The translations under genes were made by a program, and so were the position numbers. The notes beneath the pieces were generated by a model. That model ran no database searches and had not been told where the DNA came from. It saw only the letters and a list, made by a program, of their open reading frames with translations. Of a DNA stretch of 64,000 nucleotides, positions 12,700 through 26,400 are shown in pieces. Each line of letters starts with the position of its first letter. The first letter of the stretch is position 1. Source of the DNA: Saccostrea echinata (Eukaryota); contig NW_026889760.1 of assembly GCF_033153115.1 (NCBI RefSeq), forward strand, positions 5,022,001 to 5,086,000, given 5' to 3'.

Positions 12700-13122
12700 C
12701 ATATATATAGGTGCAACTCGAACAAAAGTGGGGTTATGAGAATTATTTACGTACTGTACTTTTGATCACAGAAGATCTCTATGCACATGATGTAAATTAA
12801 GATTTTCCTGTCAAAGGTTACAACAATTGAAGTGGTTACGTTTACCAACATCCCTAGAAAAAATCGCTTATGTGTAAAGAGTATACATGATGAAACTCAT
12901 TTTCTGAAATGAAGAATTTAATACGATCACCGAAGAAAAAGAATTTAAATGTTTCATTAATTAAAACCAAATTTCCAAAAATTTCAGCTTTAGATAATGA
13001 AAAAAAAATTGGGGGTAACTCGGTTCTGAAGACAAGGACACCGTCTAAATATAAGCTTATCGTTCATAACTGTTTGTACCGCAAAATGCGGGAAATATTT
13101 CCGTGGTTTAGCAGGTGCGTGA

Positions 13123-13261
13123 TCACGTGACACAAGTTTCCCTGACGAAGAATGACGATTCGGTTGTTTACAATATGGCGGATGCCATAGGCGGCAAACC
13201 CCAAAAGCTCTACTATAAATCGCAAACGTCTTTTTTGTTAAGGGTGTATCTCTTTTTGTAG
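13123..13261 (+). promoter_or_regulatory. Likely promoter and non-coding first exon of the giant gene
   Basis: Locally CpG-rich patch with TCACGTGAC (13123), X-box-like GTTTCCCTGACGAA (13136), TGTTTAC (13165) and YY1-type AATATGGCGG (13172), ending at a consensus donor G|gtaagt at 13262. Confidence 0.55.
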
Positions 13262-13710
13262 GTAAGTGTTGAATAACTTGTTATTTAATGTTTGAGAATT
13301 CTACCTTTTTCTGCCCTTTGCTTTTATACAGACGTCTAACGTCTAATATGTTCGAATTTCCTCTAAACACATGACAAAGTTTGATAACAACTTATTTTCA
13401 TCTTGATTTAGATATTAAAAGGACGATAGATAATGAAAAAAAGATATTTGTTTTATTCTGTTGTTGATTTTAAGAGATTGGCAATATATATTACTCGCAT
13501 TTATAGAAAATCCAGCTGATAGGCATGCACGTACTTTCATTTTTAGTTTTTCTCTCATTTTTAAACAGCAATGTTGTGAATATTTAATTATTTTGGGTTT
13601 GACACATTTTTTGGTATAATGGTTTTTGTGGTCATGTAGATTTGTTTAAGAAGATTGATATGGGTAAGTTTACTGAAAATGTTGAGGCTAAAACATGTCA
13701 TGTGTTTTTT

Positions 13711-14195
13711 CAGAAACCTATATACTAACGGGATAAGCAACTCCTTAAGCGCCATGTTTATTTACCCAAAACGGCACATACAACACTGCAAGTTTTTCAA
13801 ACTAAGTTTTTTCCCAGTAAAAAGCTTGTTCTCTGATTAATGTAATCTGTTCTTTTTGTGTATCAGAATGGATATTTAATAAATTTAAAAGCACATATTA
13901 TAAAATAATTTAGCTATTAAGTAAGCAACCACCAAAATCGGCGATTTCTCAGAAATACGGCCGATCAGGGGCACGCACTGATCAATAAACGTAATTACTA
14001 CTAAGATACGGAATAAAAACAGTGCTAATAACAAATCTTGAATAATTTTTTTGATAGATAAATTAAGATTTTATTCTGAAATATTTGATAACAAAAGAGA
14101 TATATTTAATTAAAATTGACTTACGAAATCCCGCAACTTATGAAATATCGCGAGACTTGCGAGAGTTGCCTATCCCATTAGTATATAGGTCTCTG
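13711..14195. mobile_element. P-superfamily-like MITE with 7-bp target duplication
   Basis: gtttttt|CAGAAACCTATATACTAACGGGATAAGCAACTC ... GAGTTGCCTATCCCATTAGTATATAGGTCTCTG|gtttttt (33-bp TIR, 3 mismatches). Confidence 0.8.
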
Positions 14196-17100
14196 GTTTT
14201 TTTAGTAAATGCTGAAATGATTTCAGTTGAATAAAAAGAACATACAGTAGCTAACGTAATGAAGTATTAAATTTCTACATCTAGTTGCTATATTTTCACA
14301 GAGCATTTTATTTATCAGGGCTGTTAGAAACAAAAAAAGTTACTTAAAGACCAACAATGTTGGCTTGTTTTACAATCTTGCCTACCAATTAAAACTGTTT
14401 AAAAATGCTTGTCGATATCAAAATATCTTTTCATATTCTTAGAAATATGAATATTGTACACCTTTTTTTAATTAATGCATAGATAACTCTAGTATTGATA
14501 AAACAATCGAGGGGTTTTTTTGTTGGGGGGGGGGGTCTTGAAAAGGCTGTATAATTATGTACGTAAATGAACAACTGTTACAAAAAATTTCAATTTATCA
14601 TAGTGACATCATTAGAGTTTATGCAAAAGGTTAAATGATAACAAGTTTTCATCTTTTTCACTATATCTTCTTAAATTTGTAACTTCATTTATTTAGCAAT
14701 TTTTTTTAAATATTTAGAATAAGGCAGAAGATAAAATAATTATAATATTTCCTTCTTAAAGAAAAAGTTTTACAAAACGAGTTTTATCTCATTTATCTGT
14801 TTTAGAGTAAAATTGCCAAATTAAATGTTAAATTTCACGCATGGAACAAATTGAACAAAATTACTTGACTTTATCACCTGCCTTTTTATAAATAGAGAGT
14901 ATGATGTGAATTTAGAATATATTGTCTTTGGGTGTTAAATAGTTCATTTGGTACAATTGATTGTGATATAAACCTGAAGTGCTTATAGTATTTGACAGAC
15001 TGATAGATTTCCAGCTCCCCCATGCATGTAAAGAGTGCCTATGTAAAATTACCATTGCAGCACCTTTTGTGTTTGACACTGTTATATTTCTTTTACTGTT
15101 TCAACAAGTTGTTGACTATACACATCTACAGCCTTCTGCCTATGAATAATTGATATCCTTCTTAATTAAAGTCCAGCTCAGCTTCAGCATCTGATAAATT
15201 TCCAACTTTTATTGTCGACCTATCTAAATTTCTCAACCACTTTTAAAAAAAACAACTGAAAACATAAAATTATGTTCCATTTGAAAAGCTTCTCCAGACA
15301 TTAAAGCATAAATATGATCCAGATTAGGTATAGTGTGGGCTGTATAAAATGCCAGTGTTGTATAATACCAGTGCTGTAAGCCATTGTCAATGAATTATTA
15401 AGTAGTGTAGTGTAACTTCATGGCTACCTTTCCCCAATGTTGCTCAGTTTGGAAAATCAATGAATTTTATTGCCGTTTAATTTCCATGGTTATGATATTT
15501 GTTTAAGTCTCAAGGACCATATGATTGACCTAACTATTTTATTGCTCCATATAAAGCCAGAGTTGCATGTACATATTTCCTTAAACAGATTCTGTATTCA
15601 GGACTTTTTCTCCAGTTGTATCTGAAGTTTTAAATGGATCATGTTGCATTGTACCCATCAGTTTTTGTTGTGATAATACATGATAGATTTGGGGATAGTG
15701 TGATGTAAATGAGTACAATTAGGAATCTTATGAGTGACTATTTCACTACTTCACAGTACTAATAATACACTGGTGAGTATTAGTAAAATGCATATGTATG
15801 ATTAATATGCATTATCCAAGGCTTAAAAGCTGTGCTTCTGTTTTGGAATTTTTAAAATTTTAGTTTTACCGATTACTTCTTGTATAGGATTTGTCTTGAT
15901 CCATTTTATATAATTATACATACTAGTAATTGAATCAGATGTGATACTGTATCTGATAATGAATAAATTGATTGTTGATTAATGTTAAAGAGAGGGAATT
16001 TAATCAGTATCCTTAATTGAAATTTCATTAGAACAGTAATCCCATTTGTAAAATGCAGATGAAGATGATTAATGAACTTTTTTTTTTCTATCGTAGTATC
16101 ACAGGTATTTTATGTTTTAACTTGTTTGACTCGATCTTTACTACAGAGTCTGTCAATGAAGGTTGCTACTGGTTGATTGTTTATGTAGCGTAAAGTTTAA
16201 AATCTTTGTTTACTGGATATGTTCTGATATACGTATAAAATGTCGATCTTATCTGAGGGGGGCTTTAAGGTAGATACCATTGGGGAGAGGAATGGAATCA
16301 TGGAGCTTTAGGTGATTTTGGGTTGGTATTTTAAATTGCATAAAACTTTGGCCTAAGTGTTTTATACTGTGTTAAATGTATAGCAATTGTTTTATGCTAA
16401 GTTTTCATACAAAAATGTAATTAAAATTTAATTGAGATTAAAATTCTTGACTATTCATTTTAAAATTTATGTAGCATTTTTTATTAATACTGTAGCATTT
16501 TTATTAATTACATTCAAAGTTAAAAAAAAATATTTCAAAGGAATTACTACAGTGAAAACATTATGAGCATGTTCTTGGTACCGGGTACATAAATTACTTG
16601 GATACATGTAAAGTTTTACATACATGTAATGGCAGTTCACATTTTCATCACCATGCGTTATACCTTTATAGTTAATCAATACATGTTTAAAGGAATATTA
16701 AGGTTGTTGGTACTCCTTCACTGTTTTACAACCTCCCAGAGAAATCATATAAAACACCTTGATTGAGGAATGTTGAGTAGCTGTTTTCATGGAGTACCAA
16801 ATTTGTGTATGTCAAGCTTGTATTGAAGCTTGGAAGTGACAAAATCCTATGTTTAATGTTGTTGTCTTGATCGAAATGCAACATTACAGTTTGCATCTCT
16901 GCTCAAATTGCTCAATTCTCATTCTTGGAGAAATCACCAGGTAAAGATCAGACCAGAAGCATTATATTATGCACAAGCACACAGGTAGCCATTGTTTAGA
17001 ATATACCTGCACTGAAACTTACCTGGGTAATATAATTTAAACCTAAACAAGGACAGGATTTTCTGTTAATAATCTCCCTGCTTGTTTGACTAGATATCAG

Positions 17101-17384
17101 GCTATTGATACATCAATCCAAAACCTGTCGCTATATCAAACACACTTTCAAATGAGTAGATCTGCAGTGCAAAGATTTCTCGGTAACATGGGTATAGGTG
17201 GAAGGATTGAAAGTTCCGATTTAAAATTTCCGTTTTCCTATCTCAGGCGACAATTTGATAGTGTTTCTAATGGCAGCAGCGTGCTTGTGTATCAATAAAG
17301 GTGAACGATTATAAGTTAAACTCATAAACATTGAAAACGTTTCATTAAGGATTTTTGTCATTAATATTTGTTGGAATTTAACAG

Positions 17385-17434
17385 GTTTTTAGAAATCTGG
17401 GATATAAGTATACAAAATATGGAAACTGTGCAAG
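17385..17434 (+). CDS. First coding exon (ATG at 17419, METVQ)
   Basis: Acceptor ttaacag| at 17384, then AATATGG start context and ATG GAA ACT GTG CAA G|gtattt. Phase 1 matches the next exon (G|AG = Glu). Confidence 0.65.
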
Positions 17435-20400
17435 GTATTTAAATGTTCATTGTAATATGCTATATAGAAATGTAAATTGTTCATATGTTCTGTAATGTTA
17501 TAAGCTTACATACATGTACAGTAAAACATGTTTATAACAAAGACAGAGTGCCAGGGAAGGAAAATTTTGATAAGTAGTTAAATATCCGTTAAGTTCATAT
17601 TATATTTTAAGGCCAGGCAGAATGAAAATCACTTACCTGTAAGCATCAATTCATTATAAGCTTGTTCGCTATAAGCATGTTTTACTGTATATTCATTATC
17701 ATCATGATAATAGCTAAATTATTTTTTGTGAACATTAATCTTATTTTAATTCATATGCTAGTTTAAAATGCATCTTTTTGGGAGACTTAATATTCATATC
17801 TGTGGGTTGGCACATTTTTCATACTAATTGTTAGGCCATTATTTACACACTGAATTTATGGATTTTTCTGCTTGCTCGATCATAACAAGGAACACATGGT
17901 TGGTGTGACTGGTTGACAGGGGATGCTTACTCCTGCATGGCAGCTGATCCCACCTCGGATGCTTTTAGAGATCGTGTTTGCTCTGCTCCCGATGTGTATA
18001 GTTTCAGTGGAGTTTTGAGCTTGATTACTGTTTGTTATGTCCGTATTTCATGTAAATCTCAAATAATGTGTTTTTCATATATTGCTTACTGATCAGGTCA
18101 GGGAGAATATGAGGGATATGAGATTGCAGAGTCCACAGTTTAGGTAGCAGCAAATCAAGGGTGCATAGAAAATTAAGCGCAACAAATTGATGATGTTGCT
18201 TTTCTCTGGTTGCTGCCCAGCATTTTGCTCTCTATTAATTGCTGTCACCCTCAATTGTTGCTGCCCTCTCTCACTTTTTCAGACTCGTGTTCTCAATCCT
18301 TCAATTGTTGCTCTTGTTTGTTTGCTCAGTTATATTTTTTCCCTAGTGTTTTCACTCCTGTATCTTAGGGATGAGGAAGAAAGTGGCCATATCAATACAC
18401 TATTGTATGTTCATATGGCTTGATACTGTTTCAGTACAATAGTATGATGCAGTAATGTTCAGTACATGTATTTTCAAATATTTACCCCTTTAAGTGATTA
18501 TTTTTTGAGGACAAATCCTTATTAATAAATACTTCCTAGGGCTGTGTATTGAGCAGAATTTTTTGATGCTACATGATATGATACAAAATTTTATAAAGCG
18601 ACATGCGATATATTGGATTCTTTAACAAGTCTATCAAAAAAATTCTTCTAAATCATTTAATGCATAAAGTTGATAAAAACTGAGTGTTTTATATGTTTAT
18701 GTTTTATAACCAAATTCGAAGTTCTTGTCTCACTATCATTACAAATTACACTTCAAATTCAAACTTTTAACGACTGTAAAACTAGCATGTTAAAATATAG
18801 TTGTCCATGTATTTTGTAGTAATTATATAAGATGTGCTATCTCCTTTAAATATTATCTTTGGTAATTGAAATTCCCAACTTTTTCACAGAATTATAAGGA
18901 AAACTGCCTGTCTGATACGTATTGTAAGTTATATTTTGGATATGATACATTCTGGAATATCAATACGTATCGATATATTGACAAAAGTCTGGTGTAAATT
19001 TTTTGCTTTATCAGAGAAAAATAAGAAAAATCATGCCTCATGCCTTCCTGATAATTAAACGTTTAATTTTTTGGGAAAATGCTTTTGTATTTAGATCCCT
19101 GTAGGTATTCACACACAAGTGTTTGAACATCAAAAAGATCTTCATATTTACTAGAGGTTTTAGCCAAATAATCATGTATCATCAATAAATATCAGATACC
19201 TGATCTGCAATGTTCTTAAAGAAATATTCAGACAACTATAGCTACATGTATATATTTTGTAGTATCAAAGAGCTACACTTATACTAAGTAACTCAGCTTT
19301 CAGCATGTTCAAAAACAGTTGAACTTCGGTATCTCGAACACGGATATCTCAAACACCATGGATATTTCAAAGTGATTTTGAAGTCCCACCTGCTTATTTC
19401 TTAAGTATTTTACCCTGGATATTTCGAATCCTCGGTTATCTCGAAGTATTTTCTCGTTTCCTTCAAGTTCGAGATAACGAGGTTTTACTGTATATTAACT
19501 GGACAGGTGCATTTTAAACACTTACAGGCTATAAATCTAACCAGTAATGATATAATCCATCAAAATGTCATGTTGTTATTTGTTTAGTATAAACTTGCAC
19601 TTAACTTGTAATAATGCAGATATTGCAAGAAAGTGTTCTATTTACTGTAGAATCTATAGAACATATATCATTATGAGAGCAAAATTCAGCAGTTTGATAG
19701 CGACGTCATCTTTTCAAGATATCAGCACAAGTTACCACGTTTTGCAGTATTGATTTAAGGCCAATATTATAGCTGCTATAGCTTCCTTTGAAATGCATAA
19801 TCAGTTAAAAGCTAGTTTTAAGTGCACATAAAAATTGAAATCACATAGAATGCCATTTTTACCCTAGCATGTATGCGTAGAGAAAACTGATTATAAGTAT
19901 TTAGTTAATAGTTGGGTTACCAAGAGGTTCATTTGTTTTGTTGACATTTTGCTTTATCTACATTTTAGGTATTTATTTCATGATAACAGAAAACACTTCA
20001 AGTGTATATAATTTATCTAATTGTATGCCCAAAATAAAATGTTTACTTTCACTTCAGTGAAATCCTTTGATGGCTACCAAACAATTGTTTAACTGTTGAG
20101 TTCCCTACACTTTAAACTCAGCTCTCTCTCAAAGAATATAAATTTGCTTATATCTATTAGTCATAGCAACAATGTTAAAACTTTACTGAATAGTCAGACA
20201 ATTGCTGCATCCCCCTTTTTTTAATCATGTTACAAATGAACATTGATGTAGTCTGGTTGATTAATAATTACTCTACTAGATTGCAACGTATAGTTGCTCA
20301 TGATGTAGAGTTTGAATGATAATCCCTCAAAAATGTAAATTTGAATATATGTGGATTTCAGATGTATAGAATACTGCTTGAATAGGACACTACAAGTAGT

Positions 20401-23400
20401 ACTGTACTTTGCTTTAACTAATTTAAAATGTAGGTTGGTGGCAATTGTAGAATTAGCTAATAAACCTGTAATAATTTTTCATATTCAAAATTTTCAGTTA
20501 GAGAGGAAAATAGAAAACTTTTGAATTTGTAAATTTTCCTTTTCTTTCGAAAGTTGAAGCAAAAGTTATTCAAGCACTGAAATTAGCGAGGCAATGAAAC
20601 CAGTTTTAGAGGACTTCATATTAAAATCAATGTCAATTTAAAAGTTTTGCTGAAATTCAAATTTATAAAATTGAGATGAGAAAGAGTTTACAATTGTATG
20701 ATCTATATTTTGTAGAGGAACCAGAAGAGACCCCTCCAACAAAAGTTGAGACTGGGACTAGTCCCATAAGACAAGAGGAGGAGGGTTCTACAAAAGTTGA
20801 AGCAGGGACCAACCCCCCAGACCAGGAACAGGAGGGACCAGCAAGAGTGGACACAGGGACTGACCCCCTTGAGCAAGTAGAGGAGGGTCCTTCCCAATCA
20901 ACCATGGAGGAACAGGCTAGTAAGCCAACAGACCTCAGTCAGAGGGGCTCCCGGAATCTGACACAGATAGATGGGGAGGAAGTGGATACCAGTAAAATGA
21001 AATATGTTGGTTAGTTAATGAAGTTTTTGTGTTTGACAGCATCATTTTATTTTCAGAAAAGTTTTTGCAATCCTCAAATTATTGTAGAGGTGGAAATGTA
21101 TAATCTTGTGAATCTGCCAGATTTTCTTCTAGAACAATGAAAAATATCAAGAACGGGATTACACTTTATTAAGCATCAACTGATTTGAATGAATTTTTAT
21201 AGCAAAATGTAAAAAGTAAAATGGAGAAATGCTGCTTTTTTACCTATTAGTAAAATGAAAGACATGTTTTGATTTTTATTTCAACAATAGAGGGAGTTCA
21301 ATGTGCTAGGGTGGATGTCATGGATACAGGGTTTGCAGTGCCAGAGGTCATCATTATGGAAGGTCAAGGAGTTTTGTTTGAAAAGGGAGGCAGAAAGACC
21401 CTGGAGATTGTTCAGGTTATAATTATTTCCACAAATTTAAATTATTTCGTTATTCTTTTTTTTTTTACAAGACCCTCTAAAATTTGCCATGAGATACTTT
21501 ACTGTTACATGTATTCATAAAGTCTGTGACTGATTTGGTTACCTAGGTGATCCATGATGGTGACAACCTAAGACCTGTGATTGGTGGATTTGGTTCCAAA
21601 GATGCCAAGGTCAAGGACAAAGATGATAACTATATACAACAATTCAACTTAGAAGGAGAATATAAATTTGCAGTGTAAGCTGAAGATAAAAGTCGCACTG
21701 TGATCTAGTTATAAACTAGCATTTTGAGAATTGAGGGTTCCATTCTGTGTACAACTTAATATTCATGTTTTCAGTGGGATCCATTCTGTGTACTCTACAA
21801 GTTAATGTTTTCAGCTTAGTTTTCAAAGTTTCTTTCTCTTTTAGGTCTAAGATACGTTGTACACCTCTGACTGTGATTGTAAGACGACGTCTGCCGTTGA
21901 GGGCAGGAGTGACAGACGATGGTTTTAACCCCCAGATCATTGCTGTTGACCAGGGGGACACGGTTGAGTGGTCATGGAAGGACTGTACTGTGCCCCACTC
22001 CGTACAGGAAGTGAATTATCTGTTTGACAAAGGAGTGTTTGTCAAAAGTCAGTGGGCAGATGGGGCAAGGTATGTGTTTTATGTATGAAGAAAATCTGTA
22101 AAGAATATACTTACAGTAAAACATGGTTTTGGCAAAGTGTCAGGTATTAAACAACTTGATTCATAATAAATGTAATTTGTTGTATATCTGTTAAATGCAT
22201 ATATAGTACTGGTATGTTTAAAACCTACAGGGAATATAAATCACTTTGCTGTAAGCATGAATTCATTATATTTCCATTGTTTCCAGTTTTATTGTAGTTA
22301 TTTATGATGAAAATTTCATTCTCAAAGACCAGTTTCTTTTGAAATTCTGATATAATTGTTAAAGACCTTTATCATATACTAAGTAGTAAATACACCGATT
22401 CTGCACTTTGCAATATGGGTGACGTCACAATACCCCATGTCAAGGACCGGTCCAAAAATCCATATCACGTGTAGGGTTGGATACCGGTACTCGGTACCAA
22501 AACCATACCGAATAGTTACTTCAAAAATACCGGTAAAATACCATTTCATTTAATATCGGTACTAATAACGGTACTATTTCTTAATCTTAGAAACATTTTA
22601 ATACATTCAAAATGATTTAAAACTCGCTAAAATAGAATTCTCTGCACATTGAAAGGGTAGGCTAATTAACGAAATGGATGCTTAGTATGACTATACGACA
22701 CTTGCTTTCGACTGCCAATATTCGAGGTAAATCAGTATGTATATCTCTTTTATTAAGATTAATCGTGTTTAACTTAATTAATAAAAACTGATAATAAATG
22801 TAAATTAAAAAGGCAAAATGTCGCAATAATATGATGTGCATTTCTATCCATCTTCTAATGTCTCGTTGTTTAGTGTGACCAAACAAAATGGGTCCTAGCA
22901 ACCATGGAAGTTGTGTATACTTGTGATTATGTATCTATTCAAGTTAATTTGTTTGAGATTTAATTTATTTGTTTTGTTGGTCATTTATTAAAAGGTTGAA
23001 ATATAAACATAGTTTATAAGCTCATTTTAGGTTATAACATTGAAAGGTTGATGATTGGTGAAAGCATATTTGTTATGAAATGAACCCTTATTCTCATTCA
23101 TCAAGGTATAGTACCATATCGTTAAAAATACCTCATCGTTTCAAAAATACTGGTATGGTATCGTACTGTTTCATTCTTAACGGTATCCAACCCTAATCGC
23201 GTGTCGGACCAGCGTGCAAAAATCCATATCAAACTGGAAGTAACGTTTGTATAAAATTTAAAAGTTAATTAACTTGATTTTATTTCAATATACATGTAAA
23301 ATAATTCTTTATGAACATTTGTGGACTAATTTGTTTTGAAAGATGTATTATTGGCGCTATTAGATTTTAAAGAAAAGGGTCATAGACATGCAGGAAACAT

Positions 23401-26400
23401 TCTTCAATGACTTTATGTTAACTCGCATATTAAGTATTTTAAATATATGATAAATAGAATACTACACACTGAAATCCATATCATATGTCATATCAGCCCT
23501 CAGGCCCCATATCAGCCCTCGGGCTGATATGGGGCCACTCGGGCTGATATGACACATGATATGGATCTTAGTATGTAATATTCTCTATATATTAAACTTA
23601 TTAAAGGTATCACTGTACACAGAAATTTCCTTCTAGTTTAATCAACTACATGTATTTATGATTTAAGACATGTAAATCTTTTAATCATGATTATCTTTTT
23701 TCAGTAATGTTGTAAGAACAATCACAGGACACTTCTCAAAAAAATTTCCGTAAGTCTGATTTACATTGTATATATATATATAACGACTTTATTATTAACT
23801 TTTTAGTAGAGGTAATAATTGTACATGGTGCATTTTGAATAGGAGAAATTATGCATCAAAAAAATTTACAAGAAAACATTTTTCTTTTTATCAGGCGTCC
23901 AGGAATATACTTTTTTCAGACAGAGAGTTCCGAGCTTCATAAACAACATTTCTGTGTTGTGAGAGTCCGGCAAAGCATCAGGTATTAAAGAGAGTTATCT
24001 ATTGAGAAAGAATTAACATTAAGGAATGTTTCCTAAGTGGATCTTCATGATAGTTAATAACAATTTCAATTTAATATTCCTTTTGTGTGCCTAGTTACCT
24101 AAATGTATGGCAGTACGTGCCATATGCCATTTCTTGGAAGTACAGGATGATATTGAAAAGTGCTCTTCTTAAATATAGTCTAGTTTTAAAGGTTTGCCTA
24201 TTAAAAAGTACGGGAAATATTAACATTAAGTTCCCTAACTTTTGCTTAAGACTTGACGATGTTGAATTGCTTTACTGTAAATACATTTGATGACCGTAGG
24301 GAGTACAAAGTGGAGATATCAGACCGTGCCTACCACCCCCCTGTGTTACTGATAGAGACAGGGGACAGAGTCTGGTGGTACTGGGACAAATTCAAGGTAG
24401 AGATTTGAACTCTCAAAGTTTTTAAAACTCTGAGCAAATTTATTAAAAATTATAAAAAAAGAAGTTTTAGATAAATAAATAAAAGCAGTACCGGTAGCTT
24501 TTGTTTTATTTTGTATTAATTTAAGAGGACATGAATAGACAGAGGTCAGATTTTTAAAAAAATAATTGCTTTTAAAAAAGAGGCCATCATTATTCTAGAT
24601 TATACAATTTTAGGTAATAACCCTGACATTTTTTTTGTGTGTTCACAGTGCAAGAAACACCATTGTGTATATCAGATAGAGGCCCCGACCTTGAACCAGG
24701 ATGATGAGGAACCATATCAACCGGTTCAGAATGGCTTCAGGTGGAGTCAACCAAGGTAGGGGAGATAATCAATTCTCCTGTTAGTTTATTTATTTAAACA
24801 TAACCACTGGTTTTCATTGAATTGTTATGTTATATGATGGTAAACTGGGTGCTATCTGGACTTCTATATAGTTTACTGTTAAATATTGCCACTTCCTAAA
24901 TAATTAGACCTATTGCAACTGATTCACTTAGCCTATTTTATGTTAAGTTACAGTTTATGTGATATAGCTTTGTTAAATTTGTGCCATATAAAATTTACTA
25001 ACTATTGAAGGTGACAACGAAAAAAAAATATTTGAAAGGGGGGTCCACAATATGTCACAAGAGAAAAGACTTATCAATAAGTTGATAAATGAAGTGGTTT
25101 GATTTTTGCTCACAAACAGGAGGCATGTATTAAGTGATTGACATAATCTGTTTTACAGTAAGCAGGGTCTGCTGTCTCATGTGTTCACAGAACCTGGAGT
25201 GTTCTATTACTCGGACCAAAACTTCCAGGAGGCAGCTGAGTACATTGGTACTGTGATAGTCAAACCTAAACCAAAGGAACACAGGGTAATGATCAAGGAG
25301 GACGGTTTTGAACCAGGTAACCTCATAGCACAGGACAATACAAATGAAAAGTTATGATTGGTGTAATAAATTTCAGTATCATACTAATCATTTTTTATTT
25401 TTTGCCTTTTAATCTGAACAGATGTAGTACGAATCAGAACAGGAGAGAGAATCTGGTTCTGGTGGAACCCCATTCTGTTTTCAAAGAAAAATATTCCAGT
25501 TTTACTGAGGGAGGTAGAAAAATGTCTGAACCCAGCAACGAAGCGACCTTCCACACCAGAGGATGAATGTAAGTCAGGAAGGTGGTCTTAAACACAGTCT
25601 TAAAATTCCATAAACTGCAAAGTTTCAAAACTGCAATCTCTAAAGCATAATGTACATGTAGATCAATGTATTGCTATATTTGCATTCATTGTGGAGGATA
25701 AATTTACAGTTCAGAACTACAAATAAGTTTTGTTGTAAAACTAACTTTAGTGAATAATAAATCTTATGGAGAAAGGAAAAAATTTAAAGATTGTGGAATT
25801 GCAATAATTAGAAATAAAGAGAACTTTGTTTTTTTATCTGCAGCTAAATACCAGCACCCAGATGAGGAGACTGTAAAACTGATCACAGATGTGGGATTTG
25901 CAACAGTTTTTTATTCCACAACTGGAGTGTACCATTACAGGGTACGGAACTCGACTGTGTGTTCTGTGATAGTCAGCCCAGGAGAAAAGGTCAGTGATGT
26001 TGTAGTTATTTCCCTTGTATATGGACAATGTATAAATTGCAGTTTGCATTATTTGGGTTTTAAAATAGCTTTCATTTGTTTGAAAAAGAAAATTCAAAAT
26101 ATAATATTATCTGGCAAAAGGGAACTTACAGAAATATTACAAGCAAAAAAATTTTGCTTGTTTGGATATAAGTCCTTGAAAATCTTTTTTCATATTTAAA
26201 CATGAAAATTTTTTTCTTGTTTCTGTTTTTCTCAGAATCACACAATCCACCTGACAGACAGCGGTCCAGAACAGAAGGTCATCATGTCGGTCCGACCCAA
26301 TGACCGGGTCTGGTGGGTGTGGCAGAGCACCAAGAAGCAGCATAATGTCATACAGGTGTCCCATCAAGGTGATCCCATCCCTGGGGGATTCTGCAGCGGT

